Assembly (NCBI GenBank): GCA_016934535.1
Contig: JAFGSQ010000015.1
Location: forward strand, 1-58,839
Direction: 5' to 3'
From: a candidate division WOR-3 bacterium
GTDB taxonomy: Bacteria > SDB-A
DNA: 58,839 nucleotides
Of this stretch, positions 1 to 9,954 are shown one piece after another. Numbering within the stretch: the first letter of the stretch is position 1; every line of letters begins with the position of its first letter. A program made the translations under genes and the position numbers. The notes beneath the pieces were generated by a model. It saw nothing but the letters and a program-made list of their open reading frames with translations. It was not told the origin of the DNA and searched no databases.

Positions 1-12
1 AAAATTATGAAA

Positions 13-85
13 GCCGGTGTAGCTCAGCTGGTAGAGCAGCGCATTCGTAATGCGCGGGTAGGCGGTTCGAATCCGCCCATCGGCT
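13..85 (+). tRNA. tRNA-Thr(CGT)
   Basis: Cloverleaf: acceptor GCCGGTG/CATCGGC, D arm GCTC..GAGC, anticodon arm GCGCA-TTCGTAA-TGCGC, T arm GGCGG-TTCGAAT-CCGCC; CCA not encoded. Confidence 0.96.
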
Positions 86-93
86 TTGTATTT

Positions 94-1662
94 ATGTTTC
101 TCCTTTTGGTTTTGTCGGCACTGAACCCTGTTAGAGGCTCCGTACCCGGGGTCGAATTCGGAATACTCGATGAGTCTGTCATGGCAAATTCCGACGGATC
201 CGCGTCTCCCGGTGAAAAAGTATTGCTGCTGTTCTCAATTCACGACCCGAACTTTCCCTGTGACAGTGTCCTTCCTCTTCCCGGGCAAGGGTATACGACG
301 CACAATTTCAGATTTGACAGGTTAAGACAAAGAGGAAATTTGGAATTTTCGGTGCTGTCTGAATTGGTTCCGGACACTTCTGTCAGGATAAGAATAATAG
401 CTTTCGGGAACAGGAAACAAGACACTTTGATTTTCAAAGTTCCGGTAGTATTTCCGGTTGACAGCATAAAAACAGAAACCGCGCCGAAAACAGTTTTGAT
501 AAAGCTTTATCATCAATCTTTCATTGAGCATAAATTTCAAAGGATAGTGCGAATCAGGAGGTTTCCGGACCTCTGGGACACTTCCGTTCTTGCATCATAT
601 TTTGACACTAACGCGCTTTTTGCAAGGTTTGAGAACATTGAACCCGGTCTTTATTCCGTCGAAATTATTTTAAATGCTTACTCATCCACAACGAATCTAA
701 AAAATCCGGTCTCCTTCTTTTTTGTGTCAAACGGACACAAATACGATTATGTCCTGCTGACCGACATAGGCGATCAGCAGTCCGGGATGGGGAATTCTAT
801 GGAGCTTTCTCTGCTGATAAATGAATCCTCCGAACTCGGTTGCCGGCAGAGTGAAAACACCTTGGGAAACGCCGTCATTCTTCCTTTTTCCTTTGCCACA
901 GAAGATGTATGGAAGAAACTTTGCGAACCCGCAGCGATTCTTTTCGTGAAAGCCGGTGAAAATGCCGTCATGACGAACGAATTGTCTTCCAGAATAAGCG
1001 ATTTTGCCGAAATGCGCCCGGTTATCCTTCTTGGATCTACGACTTTGAAAGCGTTCGTATCGGAAGATCTCAATTCGTTCAGGGAATTCCCTTTTTTATC
1101 GTCTGATTTGACCGAAAACCTCGGCGTCAGCGGCAATTTGTGCGGTGTGTTAGATTTGAAAGAATACTTTTCCGCCAGTTTGGTGCTTACATGCGAAGCT
1201 AATGAAACTTTGCTGTGCGCAACTGATGTTCCAATAGTCGTAAAATCCGGTAATTATTACATCGTTTTTCCTCAATATCATACTTGTACCGACTTGTATC
1301 CTTCGATAGTCGACAATATCCTGGCGTATCTTTCATCCGGGAATCATCAGTTAGTTACGATTTTGGATTCAATGCCGGTTGAGATAAAAAACGTTTATCC
1401 GAATCCTGTCGGGGCATCGGGAGCATCTTTTCTACTGGAGGCTCGCAGTTCCGGAACCATCAAACTTTTCATAGCAGATGTCACGGGAAGAGAAGTTACT
1501 ACTGTCTTTGAAGGACGAATAGAACCGGGACAACACATCTATTTCTGGAACGCCAGGGACAGGTCCGGTTCTCCTCTTCCAAAAGGTCTTTATTTCGCCA
1601 CCGGAGTTTTTACGTCAGGCGGCGAAATATTCCAGACAACTCATAAAATCACATTGTTCTAA
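94..1662 (+). CDS. Secreted protein with C-terminal T9SS/FlgD-Ig-like domain
   Basis: Track ORF 7..1662 begins inside the tRNA; in-frame ATG at 94 gives hydrophobic leader MFLLLVLSAL; C-terminus VYPNP...IADVTGREV...WNARDRSGSPLPKGLYF. Confidence 0.75.
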   Translation: MFLLLVLSALNPVRGSVPGVEFGILDESVMANSDGSASPGEKVLLLFSIHDPNFPCDSVLPLPGQGYTTHNFRFDRLRQRGNLEFSVLSELVPDTSVRIRIIAFGNRKQDTLIFKVPVVFPVDSIKTETAPKTVLIKLYHQSFIEHKFQRIVRIRRFPDLWDTSVLASYFDTNALFARFENIEPGLYSVEIILNAYSSTTNLKNPVSFFFVSNGHKYDYVLLTDIGDQQSGMGNSMELSLLINESSELGCRQSENTLGNAVILPFSFATEDVWKKLCEPAAILFVKAGENAVMTNELSSRISDFAEMRPVILLGSTTLKAFVSEDLNSFREFPFLSSDLTENLGVSGNLCGVLDLKEYFSASLVLTCEANETLLCATDVPIVVKSGNYYIVFPQYHTCTDLYPSIVDNILAYLSSGNHQLVTILDSMPVEIKNVYPNPVGASGASFLLEARSSGTIKLFIADVTGREVTTVFEGRIEPGQHIYFWNARDRSGSPLPKGLYFATGVFTSGGEIFQTTHKITLF

Positions 1663-2520
1663 ATGAGCGAAAGACTGCCACTTTGGCTCAGGAAAAAAGG
1701 CCTTCTTTCTGAACCAGCCATGATGACATCACGGATAATCGGGGAAAAAAAATTGAACACAGTTTGCAGGGAAGCGAAATGTCCAAACAGGCACGAATGC
1801 TATTCACAAAAAACAGCAACTTTTATGATATTGGGAAGAACATGCACGAGAAAATGTGCTTTCTGTGGGGTGGACAAAGGCGCAGGGGAAGAACCGGATA
1901 ATTCTGAACCGTATCGAGTGGCTCAGGCGGCAAATGCTCTCGCTATCGATTATTCGGTCGTGACTTCGGTTACGAGAGACGATTTGCCAGACGGAGGGTC
2001 GTGTTTGTTCGCACAAACAGTCTCAGAACTGAGAAAGACGGTAGAAAACTGCAAAGTTGAAGTATTGATACCGGATTTCATGGGATCCGGTGAATGTTTA
2101 GACAATATTTATTCGGTTTCTCCGGACGTAATAAACCATAATATAGAGACGGTCCCTTCCCTCTACGAAAAGATTAGACCGCTTGCAGACTATAAACGTT
2201 CCCTTAAAATTCTCAGGGATGCAAAAAATTCCGGTTTTATAACAAAAACCGGTCTCATAGTCGGTCTTGGCGAGACATTGGAAGAGATAAAAGCAGTTTT
2301 TGAAGAACTTGCTTCTTCGAAAATAGATATTTTAACAGTAGGTCAATACATGAGACCTTCCTATAAAAATATTCCCGTCAGCCGTTATCTTGACCCTGAT
2401 GAATTCGTTTTAATGGAACAATTGGCCGTAAAAATGGGGATAAATGTAGTTGTGTCAGGCCCTTTGGTAAGAAGTTCATACAGAGCGAAAGAGTGTTTTG
2501 AGAAAACCCGAAATATCTGA
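1663..2520 (+). CDS. lipA: Lipoyl synthase
   Basis: CREAKCPNRHEC auxiliary cluster motif, CTRKCAFC radical SAM motif, C-terminal VRSSY. Confidence 0.97.
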   Translation: MSERLPLWLRKKGLLSEPAMMTSRIIGEKKLNTVCREAKCPNRHECYSQKTATFMILGRTCTRKCAFCGVDKGAGEEPDNSEPYRVAQAANALAIDYSVVTSVTRDDLPDGGSCLFAQTVSELRKTVENCKVEVLIPDFMGSGECLDNIYSVSPDVINHNIETVPSLYEKIRPLADYKRSLKILRDAKNSGFITKTGLIVGLGETLEEIKAVFEELASSKIDILTVGQYMRPSYKNIPVSRYLDPDEFVLMEQLAVKMGINVVVSGPLVRSSYRAKECFEKTRNI

Positions 2521-3313
2521 CATCGCCTTGTCTAGCATGATTTCAATGCCGGGAGATCTGTTCGCTTTTCTCGAAGCAGTTTCCATGACTGGTTTCCGAA
2601 AAATTGAAATAAGAGTTGAATTGACTCATTGGGACTACGACGACATCGGGATTATTAATAAAGTTGAAAATTTCTGCCGTAAAAAAAGCATAGATGTTGT
2701 TTCGCTTCACTCACCCATGTCCGCTTTGATAAGTTCTCCCGACGAATACGAAAGAGTCAAATCGCTGAGAGAAATTGAAAAAACAGTTTTAATCGCGAAC
2801 AGGCTCGGTGCATCTTTTGTTGTCGTCCACGCAGACACTTTAAACTCTTTTGACAGAAATTCAAAAACCGAAGCGCTGAATAAATCGCTTGAAGAGCTTT
2901 CGGAATTTTCGTCGAGATGGGGAGCGTGCCCTCTCATTGAGAATCTGATGCCTCCCAGACTGGCCAGTGAACCTGGAGAGATTCTATCCTATCTGGATAT
3001 AATGAAACAGGGAAGCGGAATATGTCTCGATTTAGGTCATCTCAGGATTTCAGGGGTGGACTTTAATTCTCTGTCAAAGAATTTTCTTTCCTGCGTCAAA
3101 TCAGTTCATTTGAACGACAACGACGGACTAAGAGACCGGCATTACCTTCCGGGAAGTGGAGACGCACCCGGACACTCGAAAGAGGACATCGTGAATTTTC
3201 TGGACGCAGAAATCGAATGTGTCGTCGAGGCGTCAAAAAGCGTAAATTCGGAGCTGAGTTTGGAAGATTTGCTGTTATTTGTCGAAAAGAGAATTGGCGG
3301 ACTGATCGCCTGA
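2498..3313 (+). CDS. Sugar phosphate isomerase/epimerase (xylose isomerase-like TIM barrel)
   Basis: SLHSP, VVVH, IENL, CLDLGH, VHLNDNDG..DRH.LPG motifs. Confidence 0.82.
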   Translation: MRKPEISDIALSSMISMPGDLFAFLEAVSMTGFRKIEIRVELTHWDYDDIGIINKVENFCRKKSIDVVSLHSPMSALISSPDEYERVKSLREIEKTVLIANRLGASFVVVHADTLNSFDRNSKTEALNKSLEELSEFSSRWGACPLIENLMPPRLASEPGEILSYLDIMKQGSGICLDLGHLRISGVDFNSLSKNFLSCVKSVHLNDNDGLRDRHYLPGSGDAPGHSKEDIVNFLDAEIECVVEASKSVNSELSLEDLLLFVEKRIGGLIA

Positions 3314-4753
3314 AAAAATTTTGTCTTTCATCCTTTCCTGCTCAACAATTATTAGTTCGTTTTCCGTTATACCGCCGGGGTATGATTTTGAAAAGCACGC
3401 GTCGCAAAAATTTTCAGACGAGATGATTTCAGGATTGATCTCGGAAATCCCTCTTCTCAGGCCGTCTACTGAAAGGTAAAATAATTTATCAGCGCCAATG
3501 AATTTACAGACTTCTTCCACCGATTTTTCGTTTGCAATCAGTTCTCCTTTTGTCTGCATGTCTATTCCGTAAATGCACGGATATCTTATGGGCGGGGAAG
3601 TTGAAGCGAAGATTATTTCGGCGGCCTGAGCCTCCCTGACGAGGGATATAATTTTTCTTGAAGTCACGCCGCGGACAATGCTGTCATCTACCAGAATTAT
3701 CCTTTTGCCTTTGATCTCGGATTTTATCGGATTGAGCTTGTGCCTGAGCGAATAATCTCTCTTGACTGAATCGGGCATTATGAAAGTGCGCCAGATGTAT
3801 CTGTTTTTTATCAATCCTTCCTTGAAAGGTATTTGCATATTTTCAGCAATGGCGAGTGCTGCAGTCCTGGCGGTGTCGGGAACCGGTATTACCGCGTCTG
3901 CTGTGACATTTTCGGTCAGCATCTGTGATGCCAGTTCTGCACCGATTCTGTACCTCGCTTCGTAAACCGAAACGCCTTCAATTACAGAATCAGGACGAGC
4001 GAAATAAACCCATTCGAAAATGCATGGCCTGTATTCTTTATGTAAAAGCGTTTTTCTGGCTATTTCCCTTGTCATCTCTGCCACCCATATTATTTCTCCC
4101 GGTTTTACCTCGTCTATGAAGTCGAACTCCAGAACGTCTGAGACGACTGTTTCCGAAGAAAACAGAACGTCTCCGCCTTTTTTTGCAAAAAACAGAGGTT
4201 TAATGCCATGCGGATCTTTGAATGCGAACATGCCCATGTTGGCTATATAACCTACAACGGAATATCCGCCCTTTACTTTTTCCATGACCTCTTTCGCAGA
4301 ATCAAAAACAGCCTGACTGCTGAATTTCGGGTGCTTTTTCAGCGATTCGGCAAACACGTTGAGTATTATCTCAACGTCGGACGATGTGTTTACGTGTATC
4401 CTGGAAGATTTCAGGTTTTCCTTCAAATCTTTATAGTTGGCTACGTTGCCGTTGTGAACCATGACAATACCGTAAGGGGAATTGATATAAAGAGGCTGGG
4501 CATCTTCATTCGATCCGGATCCTATTGTAGGATAACGGACGTGACCCAATCCGATATTACCTGTCAGTCTCTTTATGTTTTTTTCCTTGAAAACGTCTCT
4601 GACAAGAGCGTTGCCTTTTTTGATGTGGAATATTTTCCCGTCATATGTTACCGCTCCGGCCGCATCCTGGCCTCTGTGCTGAATTGCTAACAAAGCGTCA
4701 ATGATCCGCGTTATGCAGTCGTCTTTTGCCATCAGTCCTACTACGCCGCACAT
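3275..4753 (-). CDS. purF: Amidophosphoribosyltransferase
   Basis: N-terminal MCGVVG, QHRGQDAAG, GHVRY, HNGN, VDDSIVRG PRPP site, YGIDM. Confidence 0.97.
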   Translation of the reverse strand: MCGVVGLMAKDDCITRIIDALLAIQHRGQDAAGAVTYDGKIFHIKKGNALVRDVFKEKNIKRLTGNIGLGHVRYPTIGSGSNEDAQPLYINSPYGIVMVHNGNVANYKDLKENLKSSRIHVNTSSDVEIILNVFAESLKKHPKFSSQAVFDSAKEVMEKVKGGYSVVGYIANMGMFAFKDPHGIKPLFFAKKGGDVLFSSETVVSDVLEFDFIDEVKPGEIIWVAEMTREIARKTLLHKEYRPCIFEWVYFARPDSVIEGVSVYEARYRIGAELASQMLTENVTADAVIPVPDTARTAALAIAENMQIPFKEGLIKNRYIWRTFIMPDSVKRDYSLRHKLNPIKSEIKGKRIILVDDSIVRGVTSRKIISLVREAQAAEIIFASTSPPIRYPCIYGIDMQTKGELIANEKSVEEVCKFIGADKLFYLSVDGLRRGISEINPEIISSENFCDACFSKSYPGGITENELIIVEQERMKDKIFSGDQSANSLFDK

Positions 4754-4754
4754 A

Positions 4755-5681
4755 TTATTTTAAAATTTCCCCTTTCCTGATTCTTGAGCCGTTGACAAAA
4801 TCCGTTCCCGTCATTTCTTTTTTAGACGGAGGTTTCACTCTCTTTATAACCAGTGATCCGGCTATTGTTTTGATTACGAGAGGTTTTACGCTGATAACAG
4901 ACGAAACAGGCGCGTTTTCGGAGAGACAGTCTCTTTCGTTCGCCAGATCGGTTTCGAGGAGCTGTATGCATTTGTCCCTGAAAAAAAAACAGGCAGTGGG
5001 CTTGGGGTGAAGAGCCCTGCATTTGTCTACTATGCTTTTAGCTGTCATTTCCCAATGCACTTTACGGTCGTCTTCCGTCACTGCTTTTGCCCATGAGGCT
5101 TGATCTTCATCCTGTGGTTTCGCATTTTCAAGATAGAATTCAAGGTTACCGAAAACTTCTTTAACCATAAAGGAGGCTAAAACAGCGAGACGTAACTTAA
5201 GCGTGAGATCATCGTCTGTGTCTTCTAACGGCGTTTTTCGCTGAAGAATTATGTCTCCGGAATCAATCTTGCCGCTGAGCTTGTGCAGAGTAACACCTGT
5301 CTCGGTTTCTCCGTTCATAATCGCTCTCGCAACTGGCGCCATTCCTCTGTATTTGGGCAGAAGTGACGGGTGAACATTGATGCCGCCGAATTTCGGTATT
5401 TCAGCTATCGCAGCAGGTATCTTTTTACCGAAAGAAGCGACGAGAAATACATCGGGGTATTCATTTCCGGCGAATTCCAAGGCTTCCTGACTTTCGAGAT
5501 TGTCGCATTCCAAACAGGGGAGGCCTTCCTTCCGCGCCCATTCGGCGAGTTGAGATGAGTTTGTGGATAGCCCTCGTCCGGCTTTTCGTCTTCCAATTGT
5601 AAAAACCGAATCAACTACATTTTTCGATTTTCGCGCGAATGCGCAGCTGAATTCGTCCGATCCGAAAAGCATCGTTTTCAA
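4755..5681 (-). CDS. fmt: Methionyl-tRNA formyltransferase
   Basis: FGSDEF, GRG, INVHPSLLPKYRG.AP, GETETGVT, C-terminal KKEMTG.DF.NG. Confidence 0.93.
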   Translation of the reverse strand: MKTMLFGSDEFSCAFARKSKNVVDSVFTIGRRKAGRGLSTNSSQLAEWARKEGLPCLECDNLESQEALEFAGNEYPDVFLVASFGKKIPAAIAEIPKFGGINVHPSLLPKYRGMAPVARAIMNGETETGVTLHKLSGKIDSGDIILQRKTPLEDTDDDLTLKLRLAVLASFMVKEVFGNLEFYLENAKPQDEDQASWAKAVTEDDRKVHWEMTAKSIVDKCRALHPKPTACFFFRDKCIQLLETDLANERDCLSENAPVSSVISVKPLVIKTIAGSLVIKRVKPPSKKEMTGTDFVNGSRIRKGEILK

Positions 5682-6043
5682 GAGGTCTTCTCTTCCTCCG
5701 TTTGATTTAATATTTTCACTATGGAGCCTCTTTCAACGTCGACGTCGGTTTTTTCGGCGATTTTAAGCACGACGATGTTCCCCTTGATGGTCTTGACTAT
5801 CCCGTAAAATCCTCCGGTTGTGAGGACTTTGTCGTCCTTTTGAAGATTTTCGAGCAATTTCTGATGCTGTTTTCTTTTTTTGCTTTCCGGATAAATGAGG
5901 AGGAAATAGAAAATGACGAAAATAAGAATGAAAGGAAGGAAAGAAATCAAAGTGCCGAGAGGATTTGAGCTTTGATTCTGACCTGATGAAGCGGTTTCCT
6001 GAGAACAGCTCTGCGCTAAATGCAACAATCTCAAAATAATCAA
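5678..6043 (-). CDS. yajC: Preprotein translocase subunit YajC
   Basis: IFYFLLIYP..K..K.H..L..L.K.DKV.T.GG.YG.V; GGAGG SD before TTG. Confidence 0.93.
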   Translation of the reverse strand: MIILRLLHLAQSCSQETASSGQNQSSNPLGTLISFLPFILIFVIFYFLLIYPESKKRKQHQKLLENLQKDDKVLTTGGFYGIVKTIKGNIVVLKIAEKTDVDVERGSIVKILNQTEEEKTS

Positions 6044-6200
6044 TCCGACCTCCTGAAGTTTACATGATGTTCGAAAAATATACCGGTCATTAATGAAGAA
6101 TTTTCATTTATCAACCGCAGAAAGCAATGTTATCATGTATGCGTTATTCAATCAACACGGCATTATATAAATTAATTCACTCATGAACTGAGGAGAAGAA

Positions 6201-6905
6201 ATGAAGGTTTCGCAGGCTGTATTATTATTTTGTCTTTGCGTTTCGTTCTCATGCACTTTCCGCGGATCGGACGAGGATCTAAGAGAGCCGGGAAATTTGG
6301 CCGGTTCTTACATGGCTTATGGCGAGGATTACGAGATCGAGACATTTTTAGCAGAGATGGAAAAGGATGTTTTCAAGGTCAGCCAGGGAGAAGGCATCGC
6401 CGGGATGGGATTGAAAGAAGGGGAACTCTTGTTTCTGGCTGTCAGGGGCGACAGCAGTTTCGCGGCTGGAATTTATCTGATCGGCAGAAAATCAGTCGAC
6501 GGAATCTGGACGTCCGGAAATTCGATCATTTATTCGGAAAGGCTTTCGAAATCGGGATTTCCCGATGAAGATCAGAAATATTTTGAAAGCGACAACGAAA
6601 TCGAAAGCGCGGTTTATAAACTGACAATACCTTCGAACGAAGATTCTGTAGAAACTCTGATGCTAATCGAACCGACTGGGAAAAACACGTTCGACGTCCT
6701 GCTGGAAAGCGAAAATTCTGTCGTTACAGGCGTCGGTATTTCTGCAGAGAAATATTTATGCATCTGTTATTTTGACTCCATTCTTGATACCTGGGGAATT
6801 GTGTTTTTTGAAATTACAACAGGAGATACTATGAGGGGGAAAATCTCTTTGTACGGAGAATGGAAACCCTCGTCAGTATACGGAGAAAAACTGACTGTAG
6901 AATGA
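6201..6905 (+). CDS. Hypothetical lipoprotein with two similar beta-rich halves
   Basis: GAGGAG SD; signal peptide with lipobox-like SFSC; internal repeat visible. Confidence 0.6.
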   Translation: MKVSQAVLLFCLCVSFSCTFRGSDEDLREPGNLAGSYMAYGEDYEIETFLAEMEKDVFKVSQGEGIAGMGLKEGELLFLAVRGDSSFAAGIYLIGRKSVDGIWTSGNSIIYSERLSKSGFPDEDQKYFESDNEIESAVYKLTIPSNEDSVETLMLIEPTGKNTFDVLLESENSVVTGVGISAEKYLCICYFDSILDTWGIVFFEITTGDTMRGKISLYGEWKPSSVYGEKLTVE

Positions 6906-6967
6906 AAGACCTGTTGTGATCGGTCAGTATTTGCGGTGCCGATGTTGCCAGGGGCGGCAATTTCCTT

Positions 6968-9241
6968 TCACATCAGATGATACGCAATAATAAAACCTGC
7001 GACGACTACACTGACCATGCTCATCAGTTTTATGAGAATGTTCAGGCTCGGTCCCGCTGTGTCTTTGAAAGGGTCTCCGACCGTGTCACCGACGACAGCG
7101 GCTTTGTGAGCGTCAGAACCCTTGCCGCCTAGATTTCCTTCTTCGATATATTTTTTGGCGTTGTCCCAGGCGCCTCCGGAATTCGCCATAAAGATAGCGA
7201 GTGTGAATCCGGTAATAAGACTGCCGACCAGAAGACCTATGACTCCGGCGACACCGAGAACGAGGCCTGTCGCGATGGGAGTTATTATGGCGAGAAGCGA
7301 AGGAAAAATCATTTCCCTCTGGGCGCCTTTTGTGGAGATTTGGACACAGGAAGCGTAGTCCGGGTTTTCAGTGCCTTCGAGTATGCCTTTTTTCTCGCTG
7401 AACTGCTTTCTGACCTCCTTGACCATGGACTGCGCGGCTCTTCCTACAGCCTTCATAGTCAGGGCTGAGAAAACGAATGGAAGCATAGCGCCAAGAAAGG
7501 CTCCGACCAGCACTATCGGGTTCATGAGATTGACACCGAAGTAATTCATGAAATCACAAAACGTTGCCGAGACCGTCTGAACTGATCCCTGCCCCATCTC
7601 CAGGATGGTGTGACCGGCTCTGAGCAGTGAAACCCTGATTTCTTCGACGTATGCGGCTATGAGCGCCAATGCAGTCAAAGCCGCAGAGCCTATGGCAAAG
7701 CCTTTTCCGGTCGCGGCTGTCGTGTTTCCGAGGGCGTCGAGAATGTTTGTCCTGTTTCTTACCTCCGGCGGGAGACCGCTCATTTGAGCGTTTCCTCCTG
7801 CGTTGTCGGCTATCGGTCCGTAAGCATCCGTGGCGAGGGTTATTCCGAGGGTTGAAAGCATTCCAACAGCTGCAAATCCAATACCGTAGAGACCGAAAGC
7901 TGCTGATTGGAAACCTCCCGAAAGCCAGTACGAAAAAAGCGTCGCAGCGGAAACGGAGATTACCGGGACGAAAGTGGAAAGCATCCCGGTCCCTATCCCT
8001 TCGATTATAAGTGTTGCGGATCCGGTGGTCGCTTGTCTTGCTATGTTCTGAGTCGGTTTGTAATCCGAAGAGGTGAAATATTCTGTAGATTTGCCGATTA
8101 TTATTCCTGTGAGAAGGCCTGAAATCATGGAGCCCCATACGCCCGGCCATTTGCCTATTATATTTCCGAGGAATCCTGAGGTGAAATCAGTCGTCAGGAC
8201 AGGTTTGAGGACAAAGTAACAGACAATTAGGGAAAACAACGCAATCAAAACCGAACTTGTGTTTACTCCGAGGCCAAGCGAATTGAGCAGCTGTTTCTGG
8301 GTGGCGCCTTCTTTTGTTTTGACGGCGTAGATACCTATGACTGAAAGAAAAGCTCCTATCCCGGCAATTATCATCGGAGCGATGACGAGAAGGAACTGTC
8401 CGTGACCGAGGCTCGCTCCAGCCGCCGCTCCCAATGCTGCGGTCGCCAGAATGCTTCCGCAGTAACTTTCGTACAGGTCGGCTCCCATCCCCGCTACGTC
8501 TCCGACGTTGTCTCCGACATTGTCTGCGATGACCGCAGGATTCCTCGGATCGTCTTCCGGTATGTTCTGTTCGATTTTCCCGACGAGATCTGCTCCGACG
8601 TCTGCGGCTTTTGTGAATATTCCACCGCCTACTCTCGCGAAAAGCGCTTGAGAAGAGGCTCCTATTCCGAAGCTGAGCATTGTTACTGTTATCTCATTGA
8701 GGTCAGTTATACCGACTAACAGCCTGAGAACTATAAACCATAATGATATATCGAGCAGTCCAAGTCCGACAACAGTAAGACCCATTACCGCGCCTGAGCG
8801 GAAAGCCACTTTTAGGGCGCCGTCCAGGTTTTCTCTGGCTTTGTTTGCGGTTCTCGAACTCGCGAGAGTGGCTGTGTTCATTCCGATAAAACCCGCCAAT
8901 CCCGAAAAAAATCCTCCCGAAAGAAAAGCGAAGGGAACCCAGAGTGACTGGACTTTCAGTACGAACGCCAGAAACATGAAAAAAATGAACGCAAAGAAGA
9001 AAAAAACGGCCACTATTTTATATTGCTGTCTCATATACGCTAGGGCTCCGACTCTGACATGATTGGCGATGTCGCGCATAGTTTGATTGCCGGGATCTGT
9101 CTTCATTATCCTTTTGTAGAAAACGAAAGCGAAAATAAGAGCCGTCACGGCTCCTACGGGAGCTATCCAGAACAGGTTATCAACAGGTTTTTCAAAAGCT
9201 ATCAGCGCATAAGTAACGAGCAATGCACTCATCGAATTCAC
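6968..9241 (-). CDS. hppA: Membrane-integral cation-translocating pyrophosphatase, K+-dependent type
   Basis: [36 protein letters not shown] (Ala = K+-dependent), [11 protein letters not shown]; true start may be ATG 9232 given SD position. Confidence 0.96.
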   Translation of the reverse strand: MNSMSALLVTYALIAFEKPVDNLFWIAPVGAVTALIFAFVFYKRIMKTDPGNQTMRDIANHVRVGALAYMRQQYKIVAVFFFFAFIFFMFLAFVLKVQSLWVPFAFLSGGFFSGLAGFIGMNTATLASSRTANKARENLDGALKVAFRSGAVMGLTVVGLGLLDISLWFIVLRLLVGITDLNEITVTMLSFGIGASSQALFARVGGGIFTKAADVGADLVGKIEQNIPEDDPRNPAVIADNVGDNVGDVAGMGADLYESYCGSILATAALGAAAGASLGHGQFLLVIAPMIIAGIGAFLSVIGIYAVKTKEGATQKQLLNSLGLGVNTSSVLIALFSLIVCYFVLKPVLTTDFTSGFLGNIIGKWPGVWGSMISGLLTGIIIGKSTEYFTSSDYKPTQNIARQATTGSATLIIEGIGTGMLSTFVPVISVSAATLFSYWLSGGFQSAAFGLYGIGFAAVGMLSTLGITLATDAYGPIADNAGGNAQMSGLPPEVRNRTNILDALGNTTAATGKGFAIGSAALTALALIAAYVEEIRVSLLRAGHTILEMGQGSVQTVSATFCDFMNYFGVNLMNPIVLVGAFLGAMLPFVFSALTMKAVGRAAQSMVKEVRKQFSEKKGILEGTENPDYASCVQISTKGAQREMIFPSLLAIITPIATGLVLGVAGVIGLLVGSLITGFTLAIFMANSGGAWDNAKKYIEEGNLGGKGSDAHKAAVVGDTVGDPFKDTAGPSLNILIKLMSMVSVVVAGFIIAYHLM

Positions 9242-9954
9242 CTCCGTTCAGATTCAAACGCAGTTAGATGTTCCTTTGCCCCTTCAGCGAGGATGACTAT
9301 GTCCGAACAGGAATCACCGTGTCCGCCGGAGGCAATTATTTCACAATGAAGGTTGTACAAAATTTTAATGGCATCCGTTTCTGTTATTATTTTTGCGCCC
9401 CTTACAGGAAAAAGACGCGCTTTTATTCCTTCGCACATGTCTATTTCTCCGCCGTTCAGGGCTTCGCAAGCCCGGTCGACAGACGGGATGAGTTTTCTAG
9501 AACTGACAGGCATTATCAGATTGACTGATCTTGCTATTACCTGCCCGTAAATTCTTCCTATTGTGCCTCCGAGATCTCCCCCGACGAGAATTCCGGCATT
9601 CCCTTTGCTGTCTATCGCGTTGGCGCCTTTCAGAAAAACGTCTCTCGATGTCATCTCGGGAAGCACGTCGAGGTAATTTCTGTCTGATTTTTCACCTTTG
9701 AATAAAATCAGTGGTTTCAATCTTTTTTCCACGGGAGTTACAGAGAGCGTGTGGTTCTCTATGATGCCGGCCGAATAATTCACCGGGTCGTAGGATTCCC
9801 CGGTGATTCTTGAGGCAATAAAGGAATTGGTTGTTCCGTTTCCGATAACCAGGAAGCCCTCTTCAAGAGCTCTTTTGGTTTCAGTCAAAGCGAGAACGGC
9901 TTTTGAAATCAGTCTCGTAGACCTTTCGGGGGATAAAACAAAAACACCTTTCAC
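9238..9954 (-). CDS. Conserved hypothetical protein, possibly NagB/RpiA/CoA-transferase-like fold
   Basis: GNGTTN and KGANAID..GNAG....GGTIG motifs; start moved to GTG 9954, which overlaps the alr stop (GTGA). Confidence 0.5.
   Translation of the reverse strand: MKGVFVLSPERSTRLISKAVLALTETKRALEEGFLVIGNGTTNSFIASRITGESYDPVNYSAGIIENHTLSVTPVEKRLKPLILFKGEKSDRNYLDVLPEMTSRDVFLKGANAIDSKGNAGILVGGDLGGTIGRIYGQVIARSVNLIMPVSSRKLIPSVDRACEALNGGEIDMCEGIKARLFPVRGAKIITETDAIKILYNLHCEIIASGGHGDSCSDIVILAEGAKEHLTAFESERR

Noticed and set aside
7-93. N-terminal extension of ORF 7..1662 (MKAGVAQLVEQRIRNARVGGSNPP)
   Set aside because: It is the translation of the tRNA-Thr gene; the real start is probably 94.
6943-6962. 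Hairpin TTGCC-AGGGGC-GGCAA between the converging lipoprotein and hppA genes
   Set aside because: Stem is short and the U-tract weak; not enough support to call a terminator.
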